Assembly (NCBI GenBank): GCA_900234795.1
Contig: LT962688.1
Span: forward strand, 2,940,001 to 2,972,000
Length of the DNA: 32,000 nucleotides
Direction: 5' to 3'
From: Methylorubrum extorquens
GTDB lineage: Bacteria > Pseudomonadota > Alphaproteobacteria > Rhizobiales > Beijerinckiaceae
The position numbers and the translations under genes were made by a program. Under the pieces are notes generated by a model, which was not told the DNA's origin, ran no database searches, and saw only the letters and a program-made list of their open reading frames with translations. Of the stretch, positions 1 to 8,102 are shown piece after piece. Positions within the stretch are counted from its first letter, which is position 1; each line of letters opens with the position of its first letter.

Positions 1-30
1 TGGAAGCGGGCGGCGCTGTCCGACTGGTAG
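1..30 (+). CDS. 3' end of an upstream gene (partial)
   Basis: Frame 1 reads WKRAALSDW then TAG at 28-30. It is followed directly by a terminator hairpin. Confidence 0.3.
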   Translation, partial: WKRAALSDW

Positions 31-56
31 CGCCTAACCCAAGTCCTCATCCACCC

Positions 57-78
57 AGCCGCCTCCGGGCGGCTTTTT
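57..78 (+). terminator. Rho-independent terminator-like hairpin
   Basis: AGCCGCC (57-63) pairs with GGCGGCT (68-74) over a 4-nt loop, followed by a T5 run at 74-78. Confidence 0.6.
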
Positions 79-79
79 C

Positions 80-450
80 ATGCCTGGACCCATCATGCTC
101 CTGCAACGCCTCGCGGTACGGGCCGCTCTCGCTTGCCTCGTGCTCAGCGTGACGCCGGCCCGCGCCGAATGGACGGGCACCGCGTCGTTCTACGGCCACG
201 AGTCCGGATCGCATCGGGCCGACGGCCGCCGCTTCGTCCCGAGGCGCTTGGCGCCGCGCACTGGACCCTGCCTCTCGGCACTCCGGTGCGCGTCACCGGC
301 CTTTCCACCGGCCGGCACATCGACGTGCGGGTCAACGACCGCGGCCCGCACCCCCGTCTCGGCCGCCTGATCGACCTCTCGCTCGGTGCGGTCCGCGCGC
401 TCGGCATCACGCATCGCGGGCTCGCACGGGTGCGCGTTTCCCCCCTCTGA
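80..450 (+). pseudogene. RlpA-like (DPBB fold) secreted lytic-transglycosylase-like protein, frame-disrupted as sequenced
   Basis: The N-terminus in ORF 80..370 has a signal peptide followed by WTGTASFYGHESGSHRADGRRF. The C-terminus in ORF 133..450 reads AAHWTLPLGTPVRVTGLSTGRHIDVRVNDRGPHPRLGRLIDLSLGAVRALG, a typical RlpA core. The two halves join if one C is added to the CCC run at 238-240. Confidence 0.8.
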
Positions 451-463
451 CCTGGAGCGGCCT

Positions 464-1197
464 ATGACCTCGTCCTCCGACGCGGGCGCTTTCGCGCGCC
501 TGCGCGCCGTCGGCTTCGTCTGCGCCGCCGCCCGGCTCTCCGATTACGACCTCCCGCGCGTCGGCCACACCATCGGCGTCGGTGAGGACGAGATCCACGC
601 CGTGATGGAGGTGGAGGCCTCCGGCGGCGGCTTCGACCGGCTCAAGCGGCCGAAGATGCTGTTCGAGCCGCACGTCTTCTGAAGGAACCTCTCGGGCGCT
701 GCCCGCACCCGCGCCGCCTCGCTCGGCCTCGCCTATGCGGCCTGGAAGCCCGGCGCCTACCCGTCCGACAGCTATCCGCGCCTGATGCAGGCGCTCGCGA
801 TCGACGAGACGGCCGCGCTGAAGGCGGCGTCCTGGGGCCTGGGCCAGATCCTCGACGAGAACCACAAGGCCGCGGGCTACGCGACCCCTCAGGCGATGGT
901 GCTGGCCTTCTGCTCTGGCGGCGAGGCCGAGCACCTGGCGGCCATGGTCCGCTTCATCGTCACCAACGGCCTCGACGACGCGCTGCGGCGCCACGATTGG
1001 GCCGGGTTCGCTCGCGGCTACAACGGGGCGGGCTACGCGAAGCACGGCTACCACACCAAGCTCGTGGCGGCCTTCGCCAAGTGGTCGAAGATCAAGGACA
1101 CGCCGTGGTCGCCCGGCATGGGTGAACCGGCGCCGGATCCGCTGGTGCCGATGACACAAAATCCGGCGCAAAATATCCCGGTCAGGTCCTGCCCCGC
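464..1197 (+). pseudogene. N-acetylmuramidase-family endolysin (PF11860-like) with in-frame TGA at 680-682; 3' end uncertain
   Basis: ATG at 464 is preceded by GGAG. The sequence ...KRPKMLFEPHVF-TGA-RNLSGAARTRAASLGLAYAAWKPGAYPSDSYPRLMQALAIDETAALKAASWGLGQI...GFARGYNGAGYAKHGYHTKL is continuous in one frame (ORFs 386..682 and 785.. share it). The end is placed before the terminator at 1198. Confidence 0.75.
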
Positions 1198-1228
1198 AGC
1201 CCGCCTCCACCGGCGGGCTTCTTCGTTC
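1198..1228 (+). terminator. Rho-independent terminator-like hairpin inside the computed ORF 785..1996
   Basis: AGCCCGCC (1198-1205) pairs with GGCGGGCT (1212-1219) over a 6-nt loop, followed by TTCTTCGTT. Confidence 0.5.
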
Positions 1229-1349
1229 CGGGGTCCAGGCGACGGGCGGCGCGGTCCGCTCCGGCCTGTCCGGGCTCTGCGACCTGATTCACACCGCACT
1301 CCGGAAGGCCTGACCATGGCGCCCCGTCCGTTCCTCGCGCGGGCCCGCC

Positions 1350-1583
1350 TTGGGCCTGCGCCGCTGCTGGCGCGCAGCCTCGGGCAAGCGCGTCTACCTG
1401 CTCGCGGGCGTCATGGCGCTACCCGATGTCCTCGATGCGCTGCCGGGCGTCGATCTCGCGCCGCTGCTGCCAGAGTGGCTGCGGGGCGCGAAGGTGGCGA
1501 CCTTCTTCGCCGTCGCCCGACTCGCGGCCCGCACCTACGCGACGAAGCTCGCCGCCCTGCCGTCGCGGGATCCGCCCCGATGA
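1350..1583 (+). CDS. Hypothetical small lysis-cassette protein (start uncertain)
   Basis: The ORF has protein-like composition (VYLLAGVMALPDVLDALPGVDLAPLLPEWLRGAKVATFFAVARLAARTY). Its stop overlaps the next start as ATGA at 1580-1583. Confidence 0.45.
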   Translation: MGLRRCWRAASGKRVYLLAGVMALPDVLDALPGVDLAPLLPEWLRGAKVATFFAVARLAARTYATKLAALPSRDPPR

Positions 1584-1996
1584 GCCTCCTCGGCTGGCTC
1601 TCGAACCCCATCGGCTCCGCACGTGGCGCCGTCGGCTCCGGCCTGATCAAGGTGTTCGGCGACTCGGTGCTCCAGCCGATCCTCAAGGAGCTGGAGAACA
1701 GCCAGAACGCGCAGTGCGACGTGGCGGTGCAGGTCGTCCAAGCCGAAATCGCGGCCAACCAAGCGAAGGCGGCGTTCGTACCCGCCTTCAAGGGGCTGAT
1801 CTACGGAATCGGCATTCCACCTGCCGTCCACTTCGGGGCGATCTGCCTCTCGAAGACCTTCGCGCTAGGCTGGCCCATCGAGCCGCTGCCGACCGAGTAC
1901 GTGGCGATCGAGGCCACGATCCTGACGGCCTTCTTCGTCTCCTCGCCGCTTTCCACGCTGGCGCGTGCCGGCGCCGCCCGCCTGCTGAAAGCCTGA
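1580..1996 (+). CDS. 3TM-type holin (GTA_holin_3TM-like)
   Basis: MSLLGWLSNPIGS...VFGDSVLQPILKELENSQ...AEIAANQAKAAF is followed by hydrophobic segments (GLIYGIGIPPAVHFGAICL, VAIEATILTAFFV). The gene lies in a lysis cassette and corresponds to the C-terminal part of computed ORF 785..1996. Confidence 0.6.
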   Translation: MSLLGWLSNPIGSARGAVGSGLIKVFGDSVLQPILKELENSQNAQCDVAVQVVQAEIAANQAKAAFVPAFKGLIYGIGIPPAVHFGAICLSKTFALGWPIEPLPTEYVAIEATILTAFFVSSPLSTLARAGAARLLKA

Positions 1997-2000
1997 TCCG

Positions 2001-2357
2001 ATGGACACCTCGTTCCTCGCCGCCGGCCCGATCTCCTGGGCGCAGGTCGTGGCACTCGCCCTGTTCCTCGTTGGCCTCGCCAAGCTCGTCGACTGGATCA
2101 CGGGCAAGCTGCGGGCCGGCACGAAGGACGCAATGTCCCCGCTGACGATCGACGTGGCGGCGGCGAAGATCGAGATCCGGCAGCTTGACGAGAAGCTCAA
2201 CGCCTTCAAGATCGAGGTCGCGCGGACCTACGTGACCGGCAACGTCATCGCCCGGCTTGAGCGACGTATCGACGACCTAGTGTCTTCGGTGCGCGACGAG
2301 ATGAAGGAAACGCGGCGGGAAATGCTCCAGGCGATCACCGGGCGTCCGCCCGGCTGA
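2001..2357 (+). CDS. N-terminally membrane-anchored coiled-coil protein (lysis-cassette accessory, spanin-like position)
   Basis: One TM helix (ISWAQVVALALFLVGLAKLV) is followed by a heptad-like charged helix. The gene sits directly after the holin. Confidence 0.55.
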   Translation: MDTSFLAAGPISWAQVVALALFLVGLAKLVDWITGKLRAGTKDAMSPLTIDVAAAKIEIRQLDEKLNAFKIEVARTYVTGNVIARLERRIDDLVSSVRDEMKETRREMLQAITGRPPG

Positions 2358-2775
2358 TCCCCGCTATCCACATCCGTCCACACGCCGCCCCAGGTCTTCT
2401 GCCCCGAGGCTTTCTCTATGTCTGTTGCCGCAGAAGCGCAGCCATTCCTGGCACGCACGGCGTAGTCATTTTTTTTGCCGAACTCCCGCAACAGGGAGCG
2501 GTACGGCGCTCAGATCAGGCGCTGTCTCATAAAGTTGGGGGCTAGGCGTGGACGGCACGACGGGAAAGCGCGCGACCTAGGCTAGTACGGAAGAGGTAGG
2601 AGTATCGGCGCATATCGTAGGCTCCGAAGTCTCCTCTTCCCGCTTCGCCGAGGACATCCGTCTCGTCATCTGGGATCTCGATGAGACTTTCTGGTCGGGC
2701 ACTCTGACCGAGGGCGGAACCGGCTACATCGAGGCCAACCACGAGATCGTCACCGAACTCGCCAAGCGCGGCATC

Positions 2776-4257
2776 ATGAGTTCGATCTGCTCTAAGAACG
2801 ACTTCGCTGACATCGAGGCCCTGCTTCAGGAAAAGGGCTTGTGGGACAGCTTCATCTTCCCGTCGATCAACTGGAAGCCGAAGGCGCCACGCATCGCGCA
2901 GCAGATTGCTGACTTTGGGCTTCGCCCGCCTACTGTCCTGTTCATCGATGACAACCAGCAGAACCTACAACAGGCGGCCGACCACATCCCCGGCCTGAAC
3001 ATCGCACCGCCGAATGTCATCGCGACCCTGCTCTCGCATCCGCAGTTGAAGGGCAAGCCCGACCCCGACCTCACCCGGCTCAAGCAGTACAAGAACAACG
3101 AGAAGAAGCACGTCGCGCAGAGCGAGGTAGGCGGCGACAACGTCGCGTTCCTGCGCAAATCCGATGTCCGTGTCTATTTCGAGTACGAGGTCGAAAAGCA
3201 CCTCGACCGCGTGATTGAGTTGGTCAACCGTACCAATCAGCTCAACTTCACGAAGGCCCGGCTTCCTGAGGATTTCGAGGCAGCGAAGAACGAGATCCTG
3301 CCGCTCATCCGGCATACTGGAACCACCGCCGGTCTGATCCGCGTCGTGGACAAGTTCGGCGACTACGGCTTCGTCGGCTTTTTCGCCATGACGGATTTCA
3401 ACCACGTCAAGACGCTGAAGCACTTCTGCTTCTCGTGCCGCACGCTCAACATGTATATCGAGCACTTCGTCTACAGTTATCTAAACCGCCCCGAACTGGA
3501 GGTGGTCGGAGAAGTGCTGTCTGATTTGAGTGACGCAAGCGCGTCTTACGACTGGATCAGGGCGCTTCCAATCTCGCAAATTGAGGATGACACTTCGACA
3601 CCCCCTGTTCAGATCGATAGCATGTACGTGCGTGGTGGCTGTGATCTGTCCGCGCTGATGCACTACTTCACCCTGAACTGCAAAACCATCACGACAGAGT
3701 TCAACTACCTCAAGGATTGGCAGCCGCTCCGGCTCGACCACAGCTCTTTTCTTCTGAACGCCCTCAACGGGCTGACTGAGGAGCAGATCGCCGCCGCCCA
3801 AGTGCTGGGCTACCAGCCGGAAGACTTCGTGACGGCATTCCCGAGCGAAGACCGGCCGGTAAGCGTCTGCCTCCTCAGCTTCTGGGCCGACACCGGCATC
3901 CCCTATTACCGCCATAAGGCGACGGGCCTTGAAGTGCCTTACTTCGTCGTCGGCGCCGGCAAAGAAAACATGATCGCTGATGACGCGACCGTTGATCGGC
4001 TCGGCACGAACGAGGTCCAGCGCGCTCGGATCAACCGCCTGAAGGCCGAGTGGGAATACCACTATGGCTTTACGCACGATGAAATGGTGAGCCGCTACCG
4101 GAGCATCTTGAGCCGCATTCCGGTCAGCACGCGCGTCTTCATGACGATCGCGAACGAGCGCCATCCGGCCTACTTCCTCGACGCTGAAGCGTATCCTCGC
4201 GATCCGAACCACGTGGCCTACAACCGAGCGCTCCGCGAGGCCATCTCAGGTTTTTAA
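2776..4257 (+). CDS. HAD-IIIC / FkbH-like domain protein (probably decayed: conserved N-terminus lies upstream of the first ATG, and a premature TAA is present)
   Basis: The same frame upstream (2581-2775) encodes DIRLVIWDLDETFWSGTLTEGG, the HAD DxD motif. Downstream come IMSSICSKND and LFIDDN motifs. See findings for the start and stop problems. The region is visibly AT-richer than its flanks. Confidence 0.75.
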   Translation: MSSICSKNDFADIEALLQEKGLWDSFIFPSINWKPKAPRIAQQIADFGLRPPTVLFIDDNQQNLQQAADHIPGLNIAPPNVIATLLSHPQLKGKPDPDLTRLKQYKNNEKKHVAQSEVGGDNVAFLRKSDVRVYFEYEVEKHLDRVIELVNRTNQLNFTKARLPEDFEAAKNEILPLIRHTGTTAGLIRVVDKFGDYGFVGFFAMTDFNHVKTLKHFCFSCRTLNMYIEHFVYSYLNRPELEVVGEVLSDLSDASASYDWIRALPISQIEDDTSTPPVQIDSMYVRGGCDLSALMHYFTLNCKTITTEFNYLKDWQPLRLDHSSFLLNALNGLTEEQIAAAQVLGYQPEDFVTAFPSEDRPVSVCLLSFWADTGIPYYRHKATGLEVPYFVVGAGKENMIADDATVDRLGTNEVQRARINRLKAEWEYHYGFTHDEMVSRYRSILSRIPVSTRVFMTIANERHPAYFLDAEAYPRDPNHVAYNRALREAISGF

Positions 4258-4537
4258 AATGTTCGGCTGATTGATCTGAACATGCACGTCAACAAGCTCG
4301 ATGACATTCTGGACCTCAACCACCTCCGCCGAGATCTCTACTTCAAAATCTACGAGGAAATTTTAGAGGGCGTGCAACAGGGTTAAGTCGTATTCTAAAT
4401 ACGCCCCTATTGCGACCAAAGAGAACGCCCAGCCCTCTCAGCACACGCGACACTCGCTCGGCACAGCTGCGGCGGGAATACTTCGTGCCAGAGAACCAGC
4501 GGAAGTGGGCGAGCCCCCCAGAGTACCGGCGAATGCG

Positions 4538-4792
4538 TTAATGCCCTGGGGCTTTAGCCTCAGGGCATTTTTGCACACTACCGCACCATCCGCTGCTGGA
4601 CCTCAGCTTTCGTACTTCCGCCTGCTCGTTGTCGGCGCTCACCGCAGCAACCAGGAAAGGAACGCTCGCTATGAGCAAGTAGGTCAAAGCGCGCCCCGTA
4701 CAGCCTCTTCGCGCGGAGCGAAGCGATGCCGATAAACAGTATAGGACTATGGTTATGCACGCCGCCAGAAGCGAAATTTGATATTCCGCCAT
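4538..4792 (-). CDS. Small two-TM membrane protein, hypothetical
   Basis: ATG at 4792 is preceded by GGGAGG. Two hydrophobic helices are present (ISLLAACITIVLYCLSASL and LTYLLIASVPFLVAAVSA). The 3' end overlaps the hairpin, so the call is weak. Confidence 0.3.
   Translation of the reverse strand: MAEYQISLLAACITIVLYCLSASLRSARRGCTGRALTYLLIASVPFLVAAVSADNEQAEVRKLRSSSGWCGSVQKCPEAKAPGH
4540..4572 (+). terminator. Strong hairpin plus T-run
   Basis: AATGCCCTGGGGCT (4540-4553) pairs with AGCCTCAGGGCATT (4556-4569) with one G-U pair, followed by TTT. Confidence 0.6.
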
Positions 4793-4868
4793 CGCCCCTC
4801 CCAGCTTTCCGAAAGCCACGTCCGCTTAAGCGTGGGTCATTTGCAGGCGCCGCTCCGCCTGAAGCGAG

Positions 4869-5696
4869 CTATTGCTGGGACCGCGCAACATAACGTTCCA
4901 TTAGAAGTCCGATGGTGAAGGTACCGAAAATCCAGCCATAAACGTAAAAGTAATCGATCTGAATAGGAAGCGAAGGATCGTAGCCAAGCCGAACCCACTC
5001 GATCAACTGCGTAACAGGGTTCCACTTCATGTAATAATAAATCTCGTCACCCATAAAGCACGCCAGAAAATAAACGCCAGCGGTTAAATATGTAGTTATT
5101 GTTACCAGCATGTAGCCAAGAACCCAGCCGGGAAAAAATGACACTATGCCAACATTAATAGTCCCGACACCTATTCCGAGGGCTAGCGCCGCAAGGTAGC
5201 CGGTAATGGCGGTGAACGCATCGATAGGGACGGGGTCTACGCCAAAGGTTACAAGAACCGTTAGGATGAGGCAGAGGCCCATGAAGCTGCTGACAATCTC
5301 GACCAGGATGCGCGCGACAACAGTGTCGAAGCGCTTCACCTGCGGAAAGTACGTCAAGGGCTTGTGGACTAAGTAACCCTTCATCAGCTCGCGTGAGACA
5401 TATTGGAAGGCAAGCGCCGGCAACGCCCCGGTAGCAATGAAGAGCATCGCGCTGTCGCCCATCGGTGACTTTATGCCACGGATTTCCATGACTCCGACAA
5501 GTATGCCGAGGTGCACGCAGGGCCACAGCACCTGAACCAGATACCCCCAAAAGTTCCCACCGAAACGGCTGCGCATGTCGCGCAGCATCAAGGCGCTGAG
5601 GACGCGCAGATAGACGTCAATGTGGCTCGCAGGTTGCGGGCGGGCTGGGGGCAGGTGCACGTCGGCCATGACATCCATCATGCAGGGCAGTAGCAA
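4869..5696 (-). CDS. kpsM: ABC-2 type polysaccharide/capsule export permease (KpsM/CtrC-like)
   Basis: LMLRDMRSRFGGNFWGYLVQVLWP is a typical ABC-2 N-terminal motif, and about 6 TM segments follow. The gene is AT-richer than the genome background. No cognate ATPase gene lies next to it. Confidence 0.8.
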   Translation of the reverse strand: MLLPCMMDVMADVHLPPARPQPASHIDVYLRVLSALMLRDMRSRFGGNFWGYLVQVLWPCVHLGILVGVMEIRGIKSPMGDSAMLFIATGALPALAFQYVSRELMKGYLVHKPLTYFPQVKRFDTVVARILVEIVSSFMGLCLILTVLVTFGVDPVPIDAFTAITGYLAALALGIGVGTINVGIVSFFPGWVLGYMLVTITTYLTAGVYFLACFMGDEIYYYMKWNPVTQLIEWVRLGYDPSLPIQIDYFYVYGWIFGTFTIGLLMERYVARSQQ

Positions 5697-5782
5697 GCGC
5701 TCTGGTCTCGCAGAATAGCGACGAAATGAGGGTACTCTGCCTCACAGCCCCGCCCGGCTCAGCCGCGGCGGCGTCTTTCGGT

Positions 5783-5980
5783 TCAGCCTCCTCTCGCCGC
5801 CGCGAACGTCCGCTTCCGCGCCTCGGCCAAGCGGTCATCATCGCCGACGCTGGCCTCCGCAGCTTGCTCCCCGACGGCCTCGTAGATCTCCCGCACGGTC
5901 GCCTCGTCCAGGCCGAGGCCCTGCGCGAACCGGAGCAGGCCGCGCATCTTGGCGGCGGATCGTTCGGTGGTTTCGGTCAT
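5783..5980 (-). CDS. Hypothetical small protein
   Basis: An internal ATG at 5980 gives MTETTERSAAKMRGLLRFAQGLGLDEATVREIYEAVGEQ.... The upstream part of computed ORF 5783..6094 is Ser/Arg-rich and not protein-like. Confidence 0.35.
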   Translation of the reverse strand: MTETTERSAAKMRGLLRFAQGLGLDEATVREIYEAVGEQAAEASVGDDDRLAEARKRTFAAARGG

Positions 5981-6199
5981 CGGCCTACCGGACCGCGATT
6001 TCACGCTCGCCGACGACGACCTTCGCCGGCTCTGTCGGGTGACGCTCGACGAGGCGCTTGATCCCGTAGGGTCGCAGCTTGTCTTAAGCCGCATCGCTTC
6101 CTGACATGAGCGCCCGGGCCAGCAGGTCGGCCAGATCCTTCCCGCCGTCGCTGATGGCCGCGGCGCTGCTGTTGTCGATCTCGACGATGGTGCGCGTGC

Positions 6200-6466
6200 T
6201 CAAGCGTTCTGCGCCCGCGCCAGCAGGATCGCTGTGCGGGTGGCGGCGCGCTTCAGGCCGGGACTGCTTTCAGGGTTGGCGACGACCTGGCTCGCCCAGC
6301 CATGCCCGGCGACGGCCGCACCGAGATCGATGCTGTAGCCGCCGGCGATCGGGTGGGCGGTGGTGCCGGGATCGGCATGGTAAGCATCGACCGCCGCGTT
6401 CACCTCGTCATCGGTGACGGCCTTGGCCTTGAACAGTTCGCCGACGGTGGGCGACGATTCGATCAC
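6200..6466 (-). CDS. Hypothetical protein
   Basis: The GTG start overlaps the upstream stop as GTGA at 6463-6466. Composition is protein-like. Confidence 0.45.
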   Translation of the reverse strand: MIESSPTVGELFKAKAVTDDEVNAAVDAYHADPGTTAHPIAGGYSIDLGAAVAGHGWASQVVANPESSPGLKRAATRTAILLARAQNA

Positions 6467-6717
6467 TGCACGGTGCCCTCGTCCGTCGTCTGCATCAGCC
6501 GCAGTGCCTCGTGCGTGACTTGGTGCAGATCGGATAGGCCCTGCATCCCGAGCGGTATGCCGACGCGCCGGCCCTCAACGGTCGTCAACACGATGATCGC
6601 AAGTGATTCGCCCAACATGAGGCTAGGCTTCGGCCCGCAGATCGGCAGCAGGAAATAGCCGTCGCCTTCAACGGCGTCCTTGGCGGTATCGGCTCGGAAG
6701 GGGAGGCGGTTCAGCAA
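6463..6717 (-). CDS. Hypothetical protein adjacent to the tRNA-Thr 3' end
   Basis: The ORF is translationally coupled to 6200..6466. No family was recognised. Confidence 0.4.
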   Translation of the reverse strand: MLNRLPFRADTAKDAVEGDGYFLLPICGPKPSLMLGESLAIIVLTTVEGRRVGIPLGMQGLSDLHQVTHEALRLMQTTDEGTVQ

Positions 6718-6776
6718 TGGTGCTTACTATGTGCTTACCGGATCGGGGTTTGGGCAAGCAGAGTAAAGCTAAGTAG

Positions 6777-6852
6777 TGGTGCCGCAAGAGGGATTCGAAC
6801 CCCCGACCCCCTCATTACGAATGAGGTGCTCTACCAGCTGAGCTATTGCGGC
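6777..6852 (-). tRNA. tRNA-Thr (anticodon CGT)
   Basis: The reverse complement is GCCGCAATAGCTCAGCTGGTAGAGCACCTCATTCGTAATGAGGGGGTCGGGGGTTCGAATCCCTCTTGCGGCACCA. It folds as a full cloverleaf, has anticodon loop TTCGTAA and encodes the CCA end. Confidence 0.95.
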
Positions 6853-7065
6853 GTCGCATCCGGCTCGTCGCGGTGACGCCCGATGGAATGTGCCGGGTCT
6901 TAGACGGCCGCCTTGTCCTTGGCAAGCTCTTGGATGCTGTCTGATGGCCGAGACCGCGTTGCGGTGTCACCGGGCTTGGGCGTAAGACCTCGCCGATGAA
7001 CGAGCTTCTCACCTCCGACGCCCTGAAGCCGCAGGTTTCCGGGGGGCCTGCGCGACCGCCCCCTC

Positions 7066-7668
7066 GTGCTTGCCTCGGCTTCACCGCGCCGGCTGGCGCT
7101 GCTGCAACAGGTCGGGATCGAGCCGGATGCATTGCTGCCCGCCGATATCGACGAGACCCCGCGCAAATCCGAATCGCCCCGCGATCTCGCCCGCCGTCTC
7201 GCCCGGGAAAAGCTGGAGGCAGCTCAGGCTGCGGCGCGGCGTCGGGACGACCTGCGCGACGCCTATCTCGTCTCGGCCGACACGGTGGTCGCCGTGGGCC
7301 GCCGCGTGCTGCCCAAGGCCGAGCTGATCGACGAGGCTGCCGACTGCCTGCGGCTGCTCTCGGGGCGGGCGCACCGCGTTTACACGGCCGTCTGCATCCT
7401 GTCCCCGAAGGATCGGCGCCGCGAGCGCATGGTCGAGACCCGCGTGCGCTTCAAGCGCCTGTCGAACCGCGAGATCGAGGGCTATCTTTCCTCGGGCGAG
7501 TGGCGCGGCAAGGCCGGCGGCTACGCCATCCAGGGCCTGGCGGCAGCCTTCGCGGTGAAGCTCGTCGGCTCGCACAGCGCGGTGGTCGGCCTCCCCTTGT
7601 ACGAAACGATGAGCCTGCTCGAAGGTGAGGGTTTTCCCGTGCGGGGCGCCTGGGGAGCAGCAACATGA
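7066..7668 (+). CDS. maf: Maf-like nucleoside triphosphate pyrophosphatase (septum formation protein Maf)
   Basis: GTG start. Motifs [31 protein letters not shown] and [10 protein letters not shown] are canonical for Maf. Confidence 0.93.
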   Translation: MLASASPRRLALLQQVGIEPDALLPADIDETPRKSESPRDLARRLAREKLEAAQAAARRRDDLRDAYLVSADTVVAVGRRVLPKAELIDEAADCLRLLSGRAHRVYTAVCILSPKDRRRERMVETRVRFKRLSNREIEGYLSSGEWRGKAGGYAIQGLAAAFAVKLVGSHSAVVGLPLYETMSLLEGEGFPVRGAWGAAT

Positions 7669-7883
7669 GCCAGTCGGTGAAGAGGACGGCGGGGGACAAG
7701 CCGCTGGCGCCCTGTCCGATCTGCGGCAAGCCGGCACGGACCGAAACCAAGCCGTTCTGCTCGCCCCGCTGCGCCGACATCGACCTCGGACGCTGGCTCG
7801 GCGAGCGCTACGTCATTCCGGGGCCAGAGGAGGATGAGATGTCCTACCCACCCCATTCGGACGACGAAAACCGCTCCCGCTGA
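7665..7883 (+). CDS. yacG: DNA gyrase inhibitor YacG (zinc-binding)
   Basis: CPICGKP...[15 protein letters not shown] is present. The start overlaps the maf stop as ATGA. Confidence 0.93.
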   Translation: MSQSVKRTAGDKPLAPCPICGKPARTETKPFCSPRCADIDLGRWLGERYVIPGPEEDEMSYPPHSDDENRSR

Positions 7884-7998
7884 GAGCGAGATCCGCACTC
7901 GGCAAAAAAGCTTCGCCTTCGATTGCGGGAAGGCTGGACAGGCCCAAAACCCTTCACTATACCCCCGCCAGCCGACGACGCAGCGCGACGCGGCGGAT

Positions 7999-8074
7999 GC
8001 CCAGGTAGCTCAGTTGGTAGAGCATGCGACTGAAAATCGCAGTGTCGGCGGTTCGATTCCGTCCCTGGGCACCA
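7999..8074 (+). tRNA. tRNA-Phe (anticodon GAA)
   Basis: The sequence is GCCCAGGTAGCTCAGTTGGTAGAGCATGCGACTGAAAATCGCAGTGTCGGCGGTTCGATTCCGTCCCTGGGCACCA. It forms a cloverleaf with anticodon loop CTGAAAA. Confidence 0.96.
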
Positions 8075-8102
8075 TAGACATTTTCGGCCTCAGTAATTTC
8101 AG

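Larger units (their letters stand above)
1..6776. mobile_element. Accessory region abutting the tRNA-Thr 3' end: prophage lysis-module remnant, AT-rich polysaccharide-gene remnant and small unknown genes
   Basis: Phage lysis genes occupy 80-2357 and an AT-rich block about 2580-5700. The 3' end of tRNA-Thr faces this region. No integrase or att repeat is visible within the window. Confidence 0.5.

Noticed and set aside
680-682. TGA as selenocysteine or programmed readthrough
   Set aside because: I saw no SECIS-like hairpin immediately downstream. The family has no known Sec member, and the neighbouring lysis gene is also disrupted. A nonsense mutation or sequencing error is the simpler explanation.
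785-1996. Single 403-aa protein
   Set aside because: It is a chimera. The N-terminus is the muramidase core and the C-terminus is a separate 3TM holin starting at 1580. The middle is non-protein-like and contains a terminator-like hairpin.
6996-7737. ORFs 6996..7628 (+), 7081..7737 (-) and others overlapping maf
   Set aside because: These are alternative-frame or antisense ORFs with Arg/Pro/Gly-rich translations. The Maf frame carries the canonical motifs.
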